A DNA stretch of 63,017 bases, filler included, from Octopus bimaculoides (Eukaryota): NCBI RefSeq assembly GCF_001194135.2. It is 7 parts of 6 records of this genome, joined end to end, with 100 filler letters (N's around TTAATTAATTAA, not from the genome) between each part and the next. Parts side by side here need not be neighbours in the genome. Positions count along the whole stretch, not along the records: positions 23,496 to 33,233 come from NC_068983.1; positions 33,334 to 38,880 come from NC_068983.1; 5 more parts are not named here. One strand, written 5' to 3'. Positions 23,935 to 37,050 of the stretch are shown here, piece by piece; within the stretch, counting starts at the first letter, position 1, and every line of letters starts with the position of its first letter. The translations under genes and the position numbers were made by a program. A model generated the notes under the pieces. It was not told where the DNA came from, searched no databases, and saw only the letters and a program-made list of their open reading frames with translations.

Positions 23935-24295
23935 GGCGCCGGCGTGATTATGTGGTAAAAAGTTTACTTCCCAACCACTCGGTTCCGAGTTCATTTACAC
24001 TGTGTAGCACTTTGAGTGGACCAAACCCTTATGAATGGATTTGGTAAACAGAAACTGAAAGAAGCCCGTCGTATATATATGTTATACATATGAATGTGTG
24101 TATCTTTGTGTCTGCGTTTGTCCTTCGCTATCGCTTGACAACCGTAGCTAACTTGACGGTTCGACAAAAGAAAAAAACAGAGTCAGTACCAGACTTTAAA
24201 ATGAAAGGACCGGAGTCGACTTGTTAGACTAAAATTCTTCAAAGCCGTACCCTAGCATAATCGCAGTGTAATGATGGAAAGAAGTAAAAGATAAC
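23935..24295 (+). mobile_element. SINE family A, diverged near-full-length copy
   Basis: GGCGTGATTATGTGGTAAAAAGTTTACTTCCC...GAAACTGAAAGAAGCCCGTCG...GTAAAAGATAA. Confidence 0.7.
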
Positions 24296-25499
24296 GTTGC
24301 TCCAGTCTTCTCACCTGGCAAAAATGAGTAATCCTGTAAGACACCGGCGTTCAATCCTGGGGGAATAATTATATGTTATGTGTGGCGAACATTGACGCAA
24401 GGTCATACAATTTTGTGGTAGGACACTGCATGTAACCAACTTCAGCCTTTTACTGGTACTTGTTGTATAAATCTGTGGAGGAGAGAATATAAAGACTACT
24501 TTGACAAGGTTTGAATTCGCAGCATGACTAAATATCGCCAGGGCCCATGTACCCCATTCTATCAATTCTGCTATCACGACCTTGCTCTCTTACAAATATT
24601 GACATTGTGCTTAAAAAGAGAAATCATTCTGTTGTAATACAATTCCTGTCCTGCTGAGGTATACAGTTTATGGAAGGAGAAGAAAGAAAATTTTTATTTA
24701 TTCCAGAGAAAAACACCCTAATTCAATTTGTAGAGTTGTGACGGGGACACTATTCTAATTATGAATTCTTTGCACTATTAAATTTTTTTCTGTAACCTAG
24801 AAATTTTTCCGGAAAATATCAAATTACAATATAATAGTTTATCAGTTAAGCTCAAAGCTAATGTTCAGGAGAGAGAGGTAAACTAATAGAGAGAAGAGGA
24901 TATGGGTAAGTGACAAGAGAAATTTGAAAATCATTTGCTGCAATACCAGTACTGGGATCAATTTAATCAACTGTACCCTTCAACCAAATCTGTGAACGTT
25001 TGCCAAAATTACAAATTAGTATTATCATCAACATGAGAGAACCAGTATAGTTCCGGACGAAGTACCTTGCGGTATTTGGTCATATCCCTTTTCTTTTAAT
25101 TCAAAATCTTTAATAGACGTACTTTGCCTTTCATCCTTTGAATTGATGATTATTGAAATAATAACCATTAAAGTATTGCAGTCAATAGATCGAACCGTCT
25201 ATAGACTTCTTATGCTAGAAATCAATATTTGATAGAGGATGGTGTATTCCACTGAACCAAGCCCAATGAAATCCAAGCGCATATTTTATCGACTTAGTAG
25301 AGGTGAAATATAATTAGGTATTAATTAGATTTGGATTGTCAACATAGTGTAATAAAACGCTATAGTATTTAGCATTTAGTGCTTCGGTATACTGTGACTC
25401 CTGGCTTGCGACATCGTCGTGATATTTTTGACACGAGCAATAAGATAATCAGCAGTTTAGCATAGTTTCGATGAAACGTCGCTAAAACTTATTTGATTG

Positions 25500-27470
25500 A
25501 CCACACAGGGAGGAAAAGTTTAAAAAATAGTAAACCCTTGCGGGATTTAAATTTGACATCACAAAGGAAAATGGTGAATGGCTGTGCAGTGAGGACAGAA
25601 TATTATATCTTCAAATTGAAAGCAAGGGATAGGTTGAGTATGCAAGTGGAAAGACAGCCAGTTCTAAAAACTATCCATCCACCCAAAAGAAGAAAAGTAT
25701 CCATAATGCCAACTTCCCCAGAGCAACTCTAGTGTCGTCGTCAACGTCTGAAGCAGAGATTGAAAGTGAATATCTAGAGTCCGAAAAATCAGATGAAGAA
25801 TCCACACAAACAAGAAGAAAGTATAGCAAAACTGGAACTGCAGCCAAGTTAGTAATATCTTCTTGACGACAATTATCTCAAGATGAAATCAATGTCGAGA
25901 CTCCTTCCCAATCTGGTATTTACAGATCGACTATGAAAAAAGCTGTTAAACTAAAAAATAAAATGAAGAAAACACTACATTTAGAAAACCGGTCATTGCA
26001 TTTTGATGGTAACTATATTGATGGCCAAGAATACCAAGTGCTAGTTTTAAAGAATGAACAGAGAGAAGTTAAGTTAGAAGCACTCCAATTACCAAAGGGA
26101 AAAGCTGATACTGTTGTGAAAGGAATAACAACTGATTTAGGGTGAATACAATTTATGGAACTGTGTAAAGATGATTGTCGCTGATACAACGAGGGTGAAA
26201 TGGCGTTGTCATTCAGTTGCAAAGACTGTTTGCTCAAAAGACTTTGAAAGAACCGCAATTTATTGGTTGTTAGCATCATATCCTTGATAGAGTTCTTCGT
26301 TTTGTAATGGATAACGAACTTGGAGAAAAAAAAGTCATCTCCTAATATTGCATATACATTCATCTCAGAGCTTTTAAGTAATTACGAGAAACTCCAAGCT
26401 AATTTCAACAATAGTGAAGAAACGATTACTGAATCAGCAGGATGGCGAGATGACATGAAATTTCTGTTTCATTTGACCAGAGTTTTTCGTTTATTTGAAG
26501 AAACCGGTAAAGTTTCAAAAAATACCCAACTTAAGTAATGCAAGATGGAATTCTCGAGCAATACTAGCTCTTTTAGGCATTTATTTTTCTACCAGAGAAA
26601 AGAGTTTTGCTTCTCACTGTTTGTCGATTCCTCTCTTACAGCTGGGCAGGTGTTTGGTTCAATGCACATAATTATCAGAAGGTATGTGGTAGCCTGCAAG
26701 TTCATAAAAAAGCATTGAACTATATAAAAAAACTTTGTGAGTCAAGAACCATCAAAACTGGTAATTCTCAGAACAAATCAGAGAGCAAAACGGGCAATCA
26801 AGTGCCTTCAAGATTTTTATGATGTTTGTAAAAAGAAGGAGAAACTTCAGCTTCGATTTATTTTATCTAACAAAACATATTAATTCTTTGTTATGTTTAA
26901 AAATTTGCCAACATTCATCACCCTTTTTATTATACAGTTATTTAAAGTCTAGAATTAAACCTATAAAGTTAAAAATATGTATTGTTTTTAATTTTGTATG
27001 TTATTGAATGCTTGTAGTGGCCTCTGTCCTAAAATAGTCTAGTTTTGAGCCTTTGCATAGAGCAATTTCAATTCAGTAATTTTTAAAATGTATAAATACA
27101 TTTTTATTCCACATCTCTCTTGCGTTTACAAGGATTTAGACAGCGGGTGAATCTAGTACCACTTAGTGATTATAGTTTAAAAGCCCATAACTCCGAAATT
27201 ACTTCGACTAGAGAGCTGAAATTTCACATATACTATTTCTGCATTACATTGAGTCAGCACACCAAGTTTGGTAAAAACTTGAGCAGGCGTTATGAACCCC
27301 ACCCCCAAGAATTTTGCATGATTTGGGTCAAAAGTCGTGATCGATTTCTTAAGTTAGGGGTGACTTTTTTTCAAATAAAGCAAAATAAATGTTAATTTCT
27401 ATTAAAGTTTTCATCGAATTACAGTATAGGACTACCAGGTTATAAAAAATTCATAACCCTAGTATATAGC
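25500..27470 (+). mobile_element. Decayed DDE DNA transposon (hAT-like), transposase pseudogene at about 25930-26820 plus 3' subterminal region
   Basis: Frameshifted pieces: SLHFDG...EVKLEALQLPKGKADTVV; EYNLWNCVKMIVADTT; PQFIGC*HHILDRVLR; GWRDDMKFL; SNARWNSRAILALL. These give two Asp motifs, a CxxH-like motif and an RWNS motif. Outer limits are approximate. Confidence 0.75.
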
Positions 27471-27589
27471 TCAACACACGGGGATCCACTGTCAGAAAGT
27501 TTCGTGCTTGAATTACATAACTTGAAAATTCACTACAGTAGCAGTTTATATTACAACTCGTAAGTCTTTCTACTACAGACACAAGGCCT

Positions 27590-29860
27590 GAAATTTTAAG
27601 GGAGGAAACTAGTCGATTATATCTCATTTTATTATAAATTATTTTATCAAGCCCAAAAAGATGAAAGGCAAAGTCGACCTCGGTAGAATTTGAACATAGA
27701 ACGTAAAGCTGGAAGAAATGCCTCTAAGCATTGCGTCCGGTATGGTAATGATTCTGCCAGCTCACCATCTTAATATTAGTTTAAAATTTTGGTACGAGGC
27801 CAACAATTTCGAGGAGGGAGTAAGTCGATTGCATCGACCCCCAGTGCTCGACTGGTACTTATTTTATGAACATCGAAAGGATGAAAGGCAAAGTCAAGCT
27901 CAGCGGAGTTTGAACTCGGAACATGAAGACGGACGAAATACCAATTTCTTTATTACCCACAAGGGGCTAAACACAGATGGGACAATTAACACATGATAGA
28001 ATGGAACAATGAAATTAAACAATGACGATGGGACGGCCACTCCAGCCCCACCCCGGGGCGGCCGCGTTATTTCANNNNNNNNNNGAGGTCCACTTTGACA
28101 ATGTCTTTTATTTTGGATATCTTCTCTATTTTTTGTGTGTATCGATATGACATCAAATATATGCCGTTCCTATGTACCGCTGCGTCTGTATGTCTGTTCT
28201 TTTTTGTTTTTGTGATTCTGTACTACCATGCGTCTGTTCTTCTATATTTCTTTGTGACTGTATATCTGTGTGTTTATCTGTCTGTGGTTCTGCATGTTTG
28301 TGTGACTGTAAGTCTGCATGTTGTGCTTGCGTGTCTATGTTTTCAGGTTCTGTGCTTTTAGGTTTCTCCTTTCGGAGTCGGTAAAATAAAGTACCAGTCA
28401 AGTACTGATGTCGATGTAATCCACTTGTCCCCTCCCCTCAGAATTTCTGTTGTAATTTCGGTCACTTCTATGCCATGGAAACCGAGTAACCGGCCTTGTA
28501 AGTCCTGAAACTCAAGAAGAATTTTAATAGGATATAGTTTTCATTTGTTTTGCCTATTCAAACAGTAAATACGAAGTAAATGTTTTGATAATTGAAATAC
28601 AAATTCAACAAATAAAGCATTAAACAGACGAAAGTTTTGGGGGATTGTTTTCTGTATTTTTCCAACACTACCCGGAAGCTTGAGTCATATTTATAAAATG
28701 AAAATAAATGAAAACCTCAAAAATATAATAACTCTATAGTTTTGTTTTTTCGCCTTGTTTCATATATCTTTTGAATTCACGTCATTAGAATTTATGAATG
28801 TCAAATAAATTCTTTTTTGGAACGTTGGATCTCAAAGCAGATAAAAACTAGATAATCTTAGAATATGCACAAGGTTTGAATTTTTGGTGGAGGCTAGTCA
28901 ATGGCATCAACCCCATTGTTCAACTGATGTTTATTTCATCGATCACCGAAGGATGAAAAGCAAAGTCGACCTTGGTGGAATTTAAACTCAGAACGTAAGA
29001 ACCGGAAGAATTGCGCACTAACGATTCTGTCAGCTCGCTACCTTGATAATATTATAAATAACACCGAGTAAATATTGGGTTTTTAAAAAAATATATTATA
29101 CTGGAGATGTTGGTTCGAGTCCCACGAACTGCTTTCGACTTTTTCTATCCAAAGGGTTTTTAACTCAGTATTTACACATTATTATTTATCTGCTTCGAGA
29201 ACTTTGGGATTGTCCGAATATAAAACATTTATAATGTTTTATAAGCATTACAGCTAGCGCCGTTCCATAAATGTGAATATTTTGTCTCCGAGAAAACTTC
29301 GCAAAGGAACTTACACAGGACTCGCTTATTCGCAGAGGAACTTACGATTTAAAAAACATAGGACTCGTTTAGCATGTCAGTAGATCGCCCACTCCCGGAC
29401 AGTCTAAGCTACACTAAAAATATTCATTCAGATCAAGAAATTGGCAAACAAAATATTCACTGATTTGTGTGAATGCTAACCATGTTAGAATTAAATTGAT
29501 ATACGCGCTAGAAACAAGATTAGATTAAAACATCGGAATGTATAACAATGTATATACAAAAGGTATTTTAATGAAACTCTGTTTCAAGTGCGTACATTAA
29601 AATAAAACACAGATAAACACAAAATATTTATCTTGCATTGTAGTACAGCCATAATGGTTTTAAATTTTGGTGAGAAGGGATTCGTCAGTTACATGGATCC
29701 CAGTGATCAACTGGAACTTTATTTTGTCGACCCCCAAAAGAAAGATAACGAAAGTCTACCCCGGCAAAATTTGAACTCATAAAGTAAGGAACCGAAAGTA
29801 AAACCGATAAACATTTTACCTGAGACGCTAATGATTCTATCGGTTCGCCGCCTTTTCGTA
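27590..29860 (-). mobile_element. Cluster of SINE family C copies (about 27590-27990, 28880-29045, 29690-29860; + strand fragment at 28380-28440)
   Basis: Repeated GATGAAAGGCAAAGTCGACCTCGG...AATTTGAAC core. Confidence 0.7.
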
Positions 29861-30227
29861 GTCGAGTCATAATAACCATTTAAAACATATCACATACAAC
29901 TTGATATTCCCTTTTGTTTTATTTTGTCATAGTATTCTATATTATTATGCAATAAAAAATTTCGTTGTACATCTAAAGAACTGGTCACATCTAAGACTAA
30001 ACTGCTTGGTTGTAGTTGAGATAATTTATGTAAATATATGGCTCAGGTGTGACTGTGTGATAAGAAGTTTGCTTTCCAACCACATAGATCTGAGTATTAC
30101 AGTACGGCAAGTGTTTTCTACTATAGTCCTGGGCCATCCAAAGTAAGTAGAAGATTTGGTAGACAGAAACTGAAAGAAGTCCATCATATGTATATATATA
30201 AATATATATATATATATGGGTGGGTGT

Positions 30228-30391
30228 TTTAATTATGATTTTACTCAACATATTCCCCTCTCAGATTCACACACTTATCGCAGCAGCCCTTCAGTTTTTC
30301 TAAGCCCTGAAGGAAAAGAACTCCAAAGGTTGGGCCCCGAACAAGGCCTTTCGTGACACCCTTAAAACTAAGAACTTTTCAGCACCCCCTC
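30228..30391 (-). mobile_element. Mariner-derived MITE, same family as 1775-1976
   Basis: Minus strand GAGGGGGTGCTGAAAAGTTC...; encodes GLEKLKGCCDKCVNLRGEYVE* (mariner C-terminus). Confidence 0.8.
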
Positions 30392-30479
30392 TTGTGTGTA
30401 CACACACACACATACACACACGCACGCACGCACAAACAGAGGCAAATCCAAGACCGAAAAAGAAATCAGGAAAAACAAC

Positions 30480-31200
30480 AAAGTCAGTTGAACGTACACA
30501 GAGAATATATTAGTTTGACGCTCAGTGAAAATATTGTCCATATGCTTACATTTGCTACGAATTTCGGCTCTGGAATTAAGTAGTGTGGTGGAATTCTTGG
30601 ATCTAAAAAGAATGTGCGAAGAAACCATAAATACAGGAAGATTTTTAATAGGCGCTTGATATAAATGTCATACTGTTTCTGTCCCAATATGAAGAACATT
30701 GTCACTCGCAAGCCTCACCAAAAGCTCATTCCTAGTTGTAACTGTCGTGATCCTGAAGCTTACTCCCTAGATTTGGCGTGCTTGATAGAGTCAGCCGACT
30801 ATGAGTGCTTCAGGGTAATATAATTGAAAATTAAAATTCTGACGGTTTGTGTGAAGTTAACTTTTTAAAACGTTATACAAACCGCCAGTCTTCTATCCGA
30901 CAGATCGATAACAATAATGCCAGTAAATTGGTTAGCTGCGTATGGAGTCTGAAGACCAACCGCACATCACATACAATCAAGTGGAGAAATCTATGTCATA
31001 TGTAAATGGATCAATGAGATGCAACTTGTGTAGCTGAAAGATCACACATTCTTTTTAGAGCCAAGAGTTCCACAGTACTACTTAATTCCAAATCGGAGAT
31101 TCTCATTAAATGTAAACACATGAACAAATTTCTTTTGGCGAACTGGAGAACGCCACACTCACCGGTTTGAGCAGCTGTCTCGGAGGCTTTTGGACTCCTC
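30480..31200. mobile_element. Highly degraded mariner-like remnant with internal diverged inverted repeat
   Basis: AYSLDLA at 30758-30778 resembles the mariner YSPDLAP motif; 30543-30619 is an inverted, diverged copy of 31042-31120. Confidence 0.35.
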
Positions 31201-32341
31201 ACCGTAAAATTTTTCTACATCGGCTTCATTAATTATGATTTCTATGGTCAAAGGGGACGTAACCTTTATTTTTTCCCTTTTTATTCAGCTTTTGTCTTTG
31301 CATTCCACTTTTTGCATCAACCTTCTTCTTGGATTATTTTTTCGTGGTTTCTTATATATCAAAGTCCTGGTTTTCAGATAGAACTAACCATGTGCTCTGA
31401 GCCTGAAGATTGCTTGGACACACAAGGCACGTTATAAAAATCTGCCTAATCTCAGTGTCTGTATGGTAAGAAGCTATTAGTAGTTCTTATATAAATACTG
31501 TGTATATTAAATTATTCTTATCTCTCAATGCATGGAGTACTTTTTTGCTGATCTAATGTTAACGAAAAAGTAAATTATAGAGAGAAAAAAAGAGAGAAAG
31601 AGAGAAGGATACATAATACATACATACATACATGCATACATACATACATGCATACACACATAGAGAGTGGGAGAAAGAGAGAGAGAGGTGTTTGTGTTTG
31701 TGTTTATCCTCCACTACTGATTGTCAACTGGTGTTGGCTTGTTTAGAAACCCATGGAATAAATACCAGGATTAAAAAAAGTATAAGTACTGGGATCGGTT
31801 CGTTCGACTAAAAAATTTCAAGGCGGTGTCCTAGTATGGGCGCAGCCCAATAACTAAAGCAAGTAGAAGATAAAAGATATTCAAATGAGCTCACTGAAAA
31901 CATTTCTAAATTGTTCGTTTCATGTGATACAAGATGCAGGCGGTGAACACAGGTGTTGCATGTGATAACATTCAAAGGATATGATCCACATTCTTAATGA
32001 TTACCTGAGAAGCGGGTGAAGGTGGTGGAGTCCTTATGATGTATGACGTCAAAGGAAAAAACTAGTACAATACAAATTTCATAGTATTGCCTTGATAATA
32101 TGCGCAAGCATAGCTGTGTAGTTAGGAAGTCTACTTCGCAGCCAAGTGGTTCTGGATTCTATCTTGATGCGAGTTTAGTGAAATCAAGTGCTTTGCTCAA
32201 GAACACATATTACCTAATCGGAGAATCGAACCCACGTTACAAGAGTCGTGAACCCATATCTGAACCATAACACCACGCGCCTTCACTAAGACATATTACC
32301 CGAAGCGTTACAATTTTGTCATTAATATTGACATTACATTA

Positions 32342-32560
32342 AGGTGTCGAGCTGGCAGAATCGTTAGCACGCCGGGCAAAAATATTTAGCGGTATTTCGT
32401 CCGCCTTTACGTTCTAAGTTCAAATACAGCTGGGTGTTGGCTTGGCTTTTCATCCTTTCAATGTCGATAAAATAAATGCCAGTTAAACACTGAGGTCGAT
32501 GTAATTAACTTAGCCCCTTCCCCGAAATTACTGACCTTATGCCAAAATTTGAAACCAATA
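32342..32560 (+). mobile_element. SINE family C, near full length
   Basis: GGTGTCGAGCTGGCAGAATCGTTAGCACGCCGGGC...GCCAAAATTTGAAACCAAT. Confidence 0.8.
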
Positions 32561-32875
32561 TGGACATTTCGTTAACTTGCAGTGCAGAGTTCGAATTCTC
32601 CTGTGAGCCTAGAGAAGGTAATAGGAAAGTACTTGATGTACTTTTCCTTTGAACTCCTACAAAATCAGAACTTCAGTAGAATCTTCACAGATTCTTATTT
32701 TTTAACTAGTTTTGTATAGTACACTTATCTTGATGGTGTCTGATCTCGTTCTTCGTGCGAGTTGCACTATGGTGGTTCTCTAAATTATTAAAATATTTTT
32801 CAATATACAACTCAATTTGATACTATCAAATTGTTTTTCCTTGTAAGTTCGGATTTTGTAATTCCCTAACATTAT

Positions 32876-33233
32876 TGTTGGCACTCCGTCGCTTACGACG
32901 TCGAGGGTTCCAGTTGATCCGATCAACGGAACAGCCTGCTCGTGAAATTAACGTGCAAGTGGCGGAGCACTCCACAGACACGTGTACCCTTAACGTAGTT
33001 CTCGGGGATATTCAGCGTGACAAGGCTGACCCTTTGAATTACAGGCACAACAAAAGCAGGAAGTAAGAGTGAGAGAAAGTTGTGGTGAAAGAGTACAACA
33101 GAGTTCGCCGAAGCCTCGTGGAGCTTTTAGGTGTCTTTTCGCTCAATAAACACTCACAACGCCCGATCTGGGAATCGAAACCGCGATCCTATGACCGCGA
33201 GTCCGCTGCCCTAACCACTGGGCCATTGCGCCT
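32876..33233 (-). mobile_element. SINE family B, full length
   Basis: Minus strand AGGCGCAATGGCCCAGTGGTTAGGGCAGCGGACTCGCGGTCATAGGATCGCGGTTTCGATTCCC...GGAGTGCCAACAA. Confidence 0.9.
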
Positions 33234-33333
33234 NNNNNNNNNNNNNNNNNNNNNNNNNNNNNNNNNNNNNNNNNNNNTTAATTAATTAANNNNNNNNNNN
33301 NNNNNNNNNNNNNNNNNNNNNNNNNNNNNNNNN

Positions 33334-33682
33334 GGTCATAGGATCGCGGTTTCGATTCCTAGACCAGGTGTTGTGAGTGTTTATTTAGCGAAAACACCTA
33401 AAGCTCCACGAGGCTCCGGCAGGGAATGGTGGCGAACTCTGCCGTACTCTTCCACCACAACTTTCTCTCACTCTTACTTCCTGTTTCTGTTGTGCTTGTA
33501 ATTCAAAGGGTCAGCCTTGTCACACTGTGTCACGCCGAATATCCCCGAGAACTACGTTAAGGGTACACGTGTCTGTGGAGTGCTCAGCCACTTGCACGTT
33601 AATTTCACGAGCAGGCTGTTCCGTTGATCGGATCAACTGGAACTCTCGACGTCGTAAGCGACGGAGTGCCAACAACAACAAC
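33334..33682 (+). mobile_element. SINE family B, 5' end lost in the gap
   Basis: Same family as 7904-8274; (CAA)n tail. Confidence 0.9.
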
Positions 33683-34349
33683 ATTACAAGTATAATGAAA
33701 AAGAACTAAAGCAAATTAATCTCCGTTATATCCTCTATATTGAATTAAAATTTCATACACCTATTTGTAAAAATAAGGGAGTTGTTAAAAATTAAAACTC
33801 CTCAGTAACCTTTGGGCTACCCTGTACATACTTCTCACAAACACACGTTTACACACACGAGTGCACACATTTACACACACACGCATAATTTTTAATCAGT
33901 GGGAAGCAAAGTTTGATATTTTAGATTTCAATAAACAACAACAAACATCTATATCTCACTCAGCTATTGGAATTAAAAATATACGATAATAAACATGAAA
34001 GCATCAGATGCCAGCGGGCAGAATATCATCCTTTGATTGTTTACAAATTTCGCTCCAGGTAGTAACGTTTTATAAGGGAGGTCACTCTGACGGAATTATA
34101 AAAATTGAAAAATTGAAGGGAAGTAATTCGTATACTCAAATTTGTAGAATCTCGCTCAATCAAAGCGCCGTTATGTGTGCATGTATGATGTATATACGCG
34201 TGGTAAACTTACTTGTTTACAAGTACCATGACGGATAATATACTAGAGTGAGTAAAATAAATTATAAGACTTGTTTATCATATGCACTATATGTAAGAAA
34301 GAGACAAGGAGAGTGAACGAAAGATAGACAGATAGATAGAGAGAGCGAA

Positions 34350-34380
<31 letters not shown>

Positions 34381-34599
34381 GAGAGAGAGATCTGGATATG
34401 CATATCGATACCTATATGTATGCCAGTTATCTTAAAGCAATCTTCCAGGATCAAGGATTCTAGACGGTAGGAAATTAAGAAAAAACGTGAAGAAGGTTGG
34501 TACAAAAAATGGAAAGAGAAAAAGGAAACACACACAAACACGCACACACACACACACACAAACACACACACATACACACTCACTTACATATTCGCATAC

Positions 34600-35497
34600 A
34601 TATTAGCATACGCAGATGCGCGAAAGAAATAATATTGTTTAGCTGTCGAATCAGAAAGGTGAGCGACAACCCAGAGATCCTCGTTCGTTGTTTTATAAAA
34701 CAAATTCAATTCAATTCTCCTTGAAGAAACAGATTGTATACATATATGCATATATGGGTACAGGACATCACAAAAAACGTTAAACACAATGAGAAACGAA
34801 AACATAAAGACAGAGACAGAAAATGAACTATTTTTCGAACAACGAAAAAAAAAACAAAAAAAAACAAACAAACAGAGAAATGAGACATGCAACATAAAGA
34901 ATATTTCCGTTCTTCAGTTGTCCCTGTTCCATCTATTCCGCGTTTCGAAGGCAAGGACAATACGCGACTTCGTTGGAACAGTCCTTCCCGCAAAGCAAAT
35001 TAAATAACATTTGAAATTTTTTGCGGAGGGTGAAAGTGTAGACAAGAACAGGACAGTGAGAACGGGACAGTAAAAGACAGTAAAAACAAGACAGAACAGT
35101 GAAAACAAACGGTAAGGGCTGTTAGGTCAAGATATATATATATATATATATATAAATATATATATATATATGCATGCAGCCCCGCCTCACTCTTTCAGGT
35201 GTTACTGCATATATTGTTTTACAACTGACGGACGATTTGTTATTTGTTCTCAGTGTGAAGCTTTCCCTCTCATGCCTTTTAGTCACTTCTCTCGTCTTCT
35301 TCCGATGTCTAATACAAACCTCCATTTTAGCTACACGCCAACAACATCCCATAACGTACGCAACCACCGAGTTCCGTCACACTATTCTGCAATTCCTTTA
35401 TATTTTAGACCCTTCCTTCGATGAGCCCGCTCTGTGTTGCATTCCGAAAGTACCTTCGACTTAACAATGGAGACTGTTTTTTTGTCTGAAGAATTTG
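34600..35497 (+). promoter_or_regulatory. CpG-enriched unique segment with chained splice signals; candidate 5' end of an unidentified gene
   Basis: Donor AAG|GTGAGC at 34659, acceptor TTCTTCAG| at 34917, donor G|GTAAGG at 35112, acceptor CTCTTTCAG| at 35198, ACAATGG at 35467, donor G|GTATGT at 35498. No homology recognised. Confidence 0.3.
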
Positions 35498-35514
35498 GTA
35501 TGTATGTATGTATG

Positions 35515-35620
35515 TTATCAATCAGTTTCATTTCTGTATTTCTTGTCCATAGAGAAAGAGCCGGACTCTAACATAGATTCAAGGCTCCTTCATTGGAACT
35601 TTTATCAACATCATCTAGGT
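35515..35620 (-). mobile_element. ~100-bp retroelement 3'-end module inside (TATG)n, copy 1
   Basis: Minus strand TTCCAATGAAGGAGCC...GGCTCTTTC; TATG repeats on both sides. Confidence 0.6.
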
Positions 35621-35658
35621 ATTTGTGCATCATCTAGGTATGTATGTATGTATGTATA

Positions 35659-35836
35659 GGATCCACAATGAGCAGAACTTACTTGCAGGTATTGGTAGTG
35701 CAAATCAGAGGTGCAATCTGTGTGGGTGTTTTTTCAAAACACTGTCTGGTTTAAAAAGCCACATCAGACGCCATGAAAGGGCTAAGGTGTAGGTACAGGA
35801 GGTGGTCAAACTCTGTTTAAGGAGTAGACAACCACC
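35659..35836 (+). mobile_element. RTE-type LINE 3' end with C2H2-like motif
   Basis: RCNLCGCFFKTLSGLKSHIRRHERAKV* followed by a short 3' UTR. Confidence 0.6.
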
Positions 35837-36746
35837 ATGCATGTGCATACATGCATGCATATGTATGTAGCTAAGCAAACAGATGAGTAGATACATAGTG
35901 TGTGTGTGTGCAGTATTTGGTGTTAGTGTATGCGCAGATTTGTATGTTTGTTTTATGGATGCGTTTTTATGTCTAGATACATGCATATGTATTTATGTGC
36001 TAAATTTTTGGAAAGTTTTACNNNNNNNNNNNNNNNNNNNNNNNNNNNNNNNNNNNNNNNNNNNNNNNNNNNNNNNNNNNNNNNNNNNNNNNNNNNNNNN
36101 NNNNNNNNNNNNNNNNNNNNNNNNNNNNNNNNNNNNNNNNNNNNNNNNNNNNNNNNNNNNNNNNNNNNNNNNNNNNNNNNNNNNNNNNNNNNNNNNNNNN
36201 NNNNNNNNNNNNNNNNNNNNNNNNNNNNNNNNNNNNNNNNNNNNNNNNNNNNNNNNNNNNNNNNNNNNNNNNNNNNNNNNNNNNNNNNNNNNNNNNNNNN
36301 NNNNNNNNNNNNNNNNNNNNNNNNNNNNNNNNNNNNNNNNNNNNNNNNNNNNNNNNNNNNNNNNNNNNNNNNNNNNNNNNNNNNNNNNNNNNNNNNNNNN
36401 NNNNNNNNNNNNNNNNNNNNNNNNNNNNNNNNNNNNNNNNNNNNNNNNNNNNNNNNNNNNNNNNNNNNNNNNNNNNNNNNNNNNNNNNNNNNNNNNNNNN
36501 NNNNNNNNNNNNNNNNNNNNNNNNNNNNNNNNNNNNNNNNNNNNNNNNNNNNNNNNNNNNNNNNNNNNNNNNNNNNNNNNNNNNNNNNNNNNNNNNNNNN
36601 NNNNNNNNNNNNNNNNNNNNNNNNNNNNNNNNNNNNNNNNNNNNNNNNNNNNNNNNNNNNNNNNNNNNNNNNNNNNNNNNNNNNNNNNNNNNNNNNNNNN
36701 NNNNNNNNNNNNNNNNNNNNNNNNNNNNNNNNNNNNNNNNNNNNNN

Positions 36747-36949
36747 GGTAATGGCCTCTACTTTATTATGGGTTTTCATCTCCTTAGCCCCGGGGTTATC
36801 CTGTCGGCGGATTTCATTGTACAGTGTCTTGGCCACAACATCATGTCTCATAGGTAGGTAATACCGTGATGACATTTTTGGACAGCTGCTAATGATGTGG
36901 GTGATATCTTCGATACTGATTCCACAGAATCTGCATCGATTATTACATT
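36747..36949 (-). mobile_element. R4/Dong-like (RLE-type) non-LTR retrotransposon fragment, 5'-truncated into (CATA)n and running into a gap
   Basis: NRCRFCGISIEDITHIISSCPKMSSRYYLPMRHDVVAKTLYNEI: the CxxC-x7-H-x4-C knuckle plus RH..V motif that precedes the restriction-like endonuclease. Confidence 0.85.
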
Positions 36950-37050
36950 GTATGTATGTATGTATGTATGTATGTATGTATGTATGTATGTATGTATGTA
37001 TGTATGCATGCATGTATGTATGTATGTATGTATGTATGTATGTATGTATG

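Noticed and set aside
35122-35352. Minus-strand MGCCW... peptide resembling an N-acylation motif like the RP2 N-terminus
   Set aside because: Wrong strand and wrong side relative to the RP2 exons; the rest of the peptide is unlike RP2.
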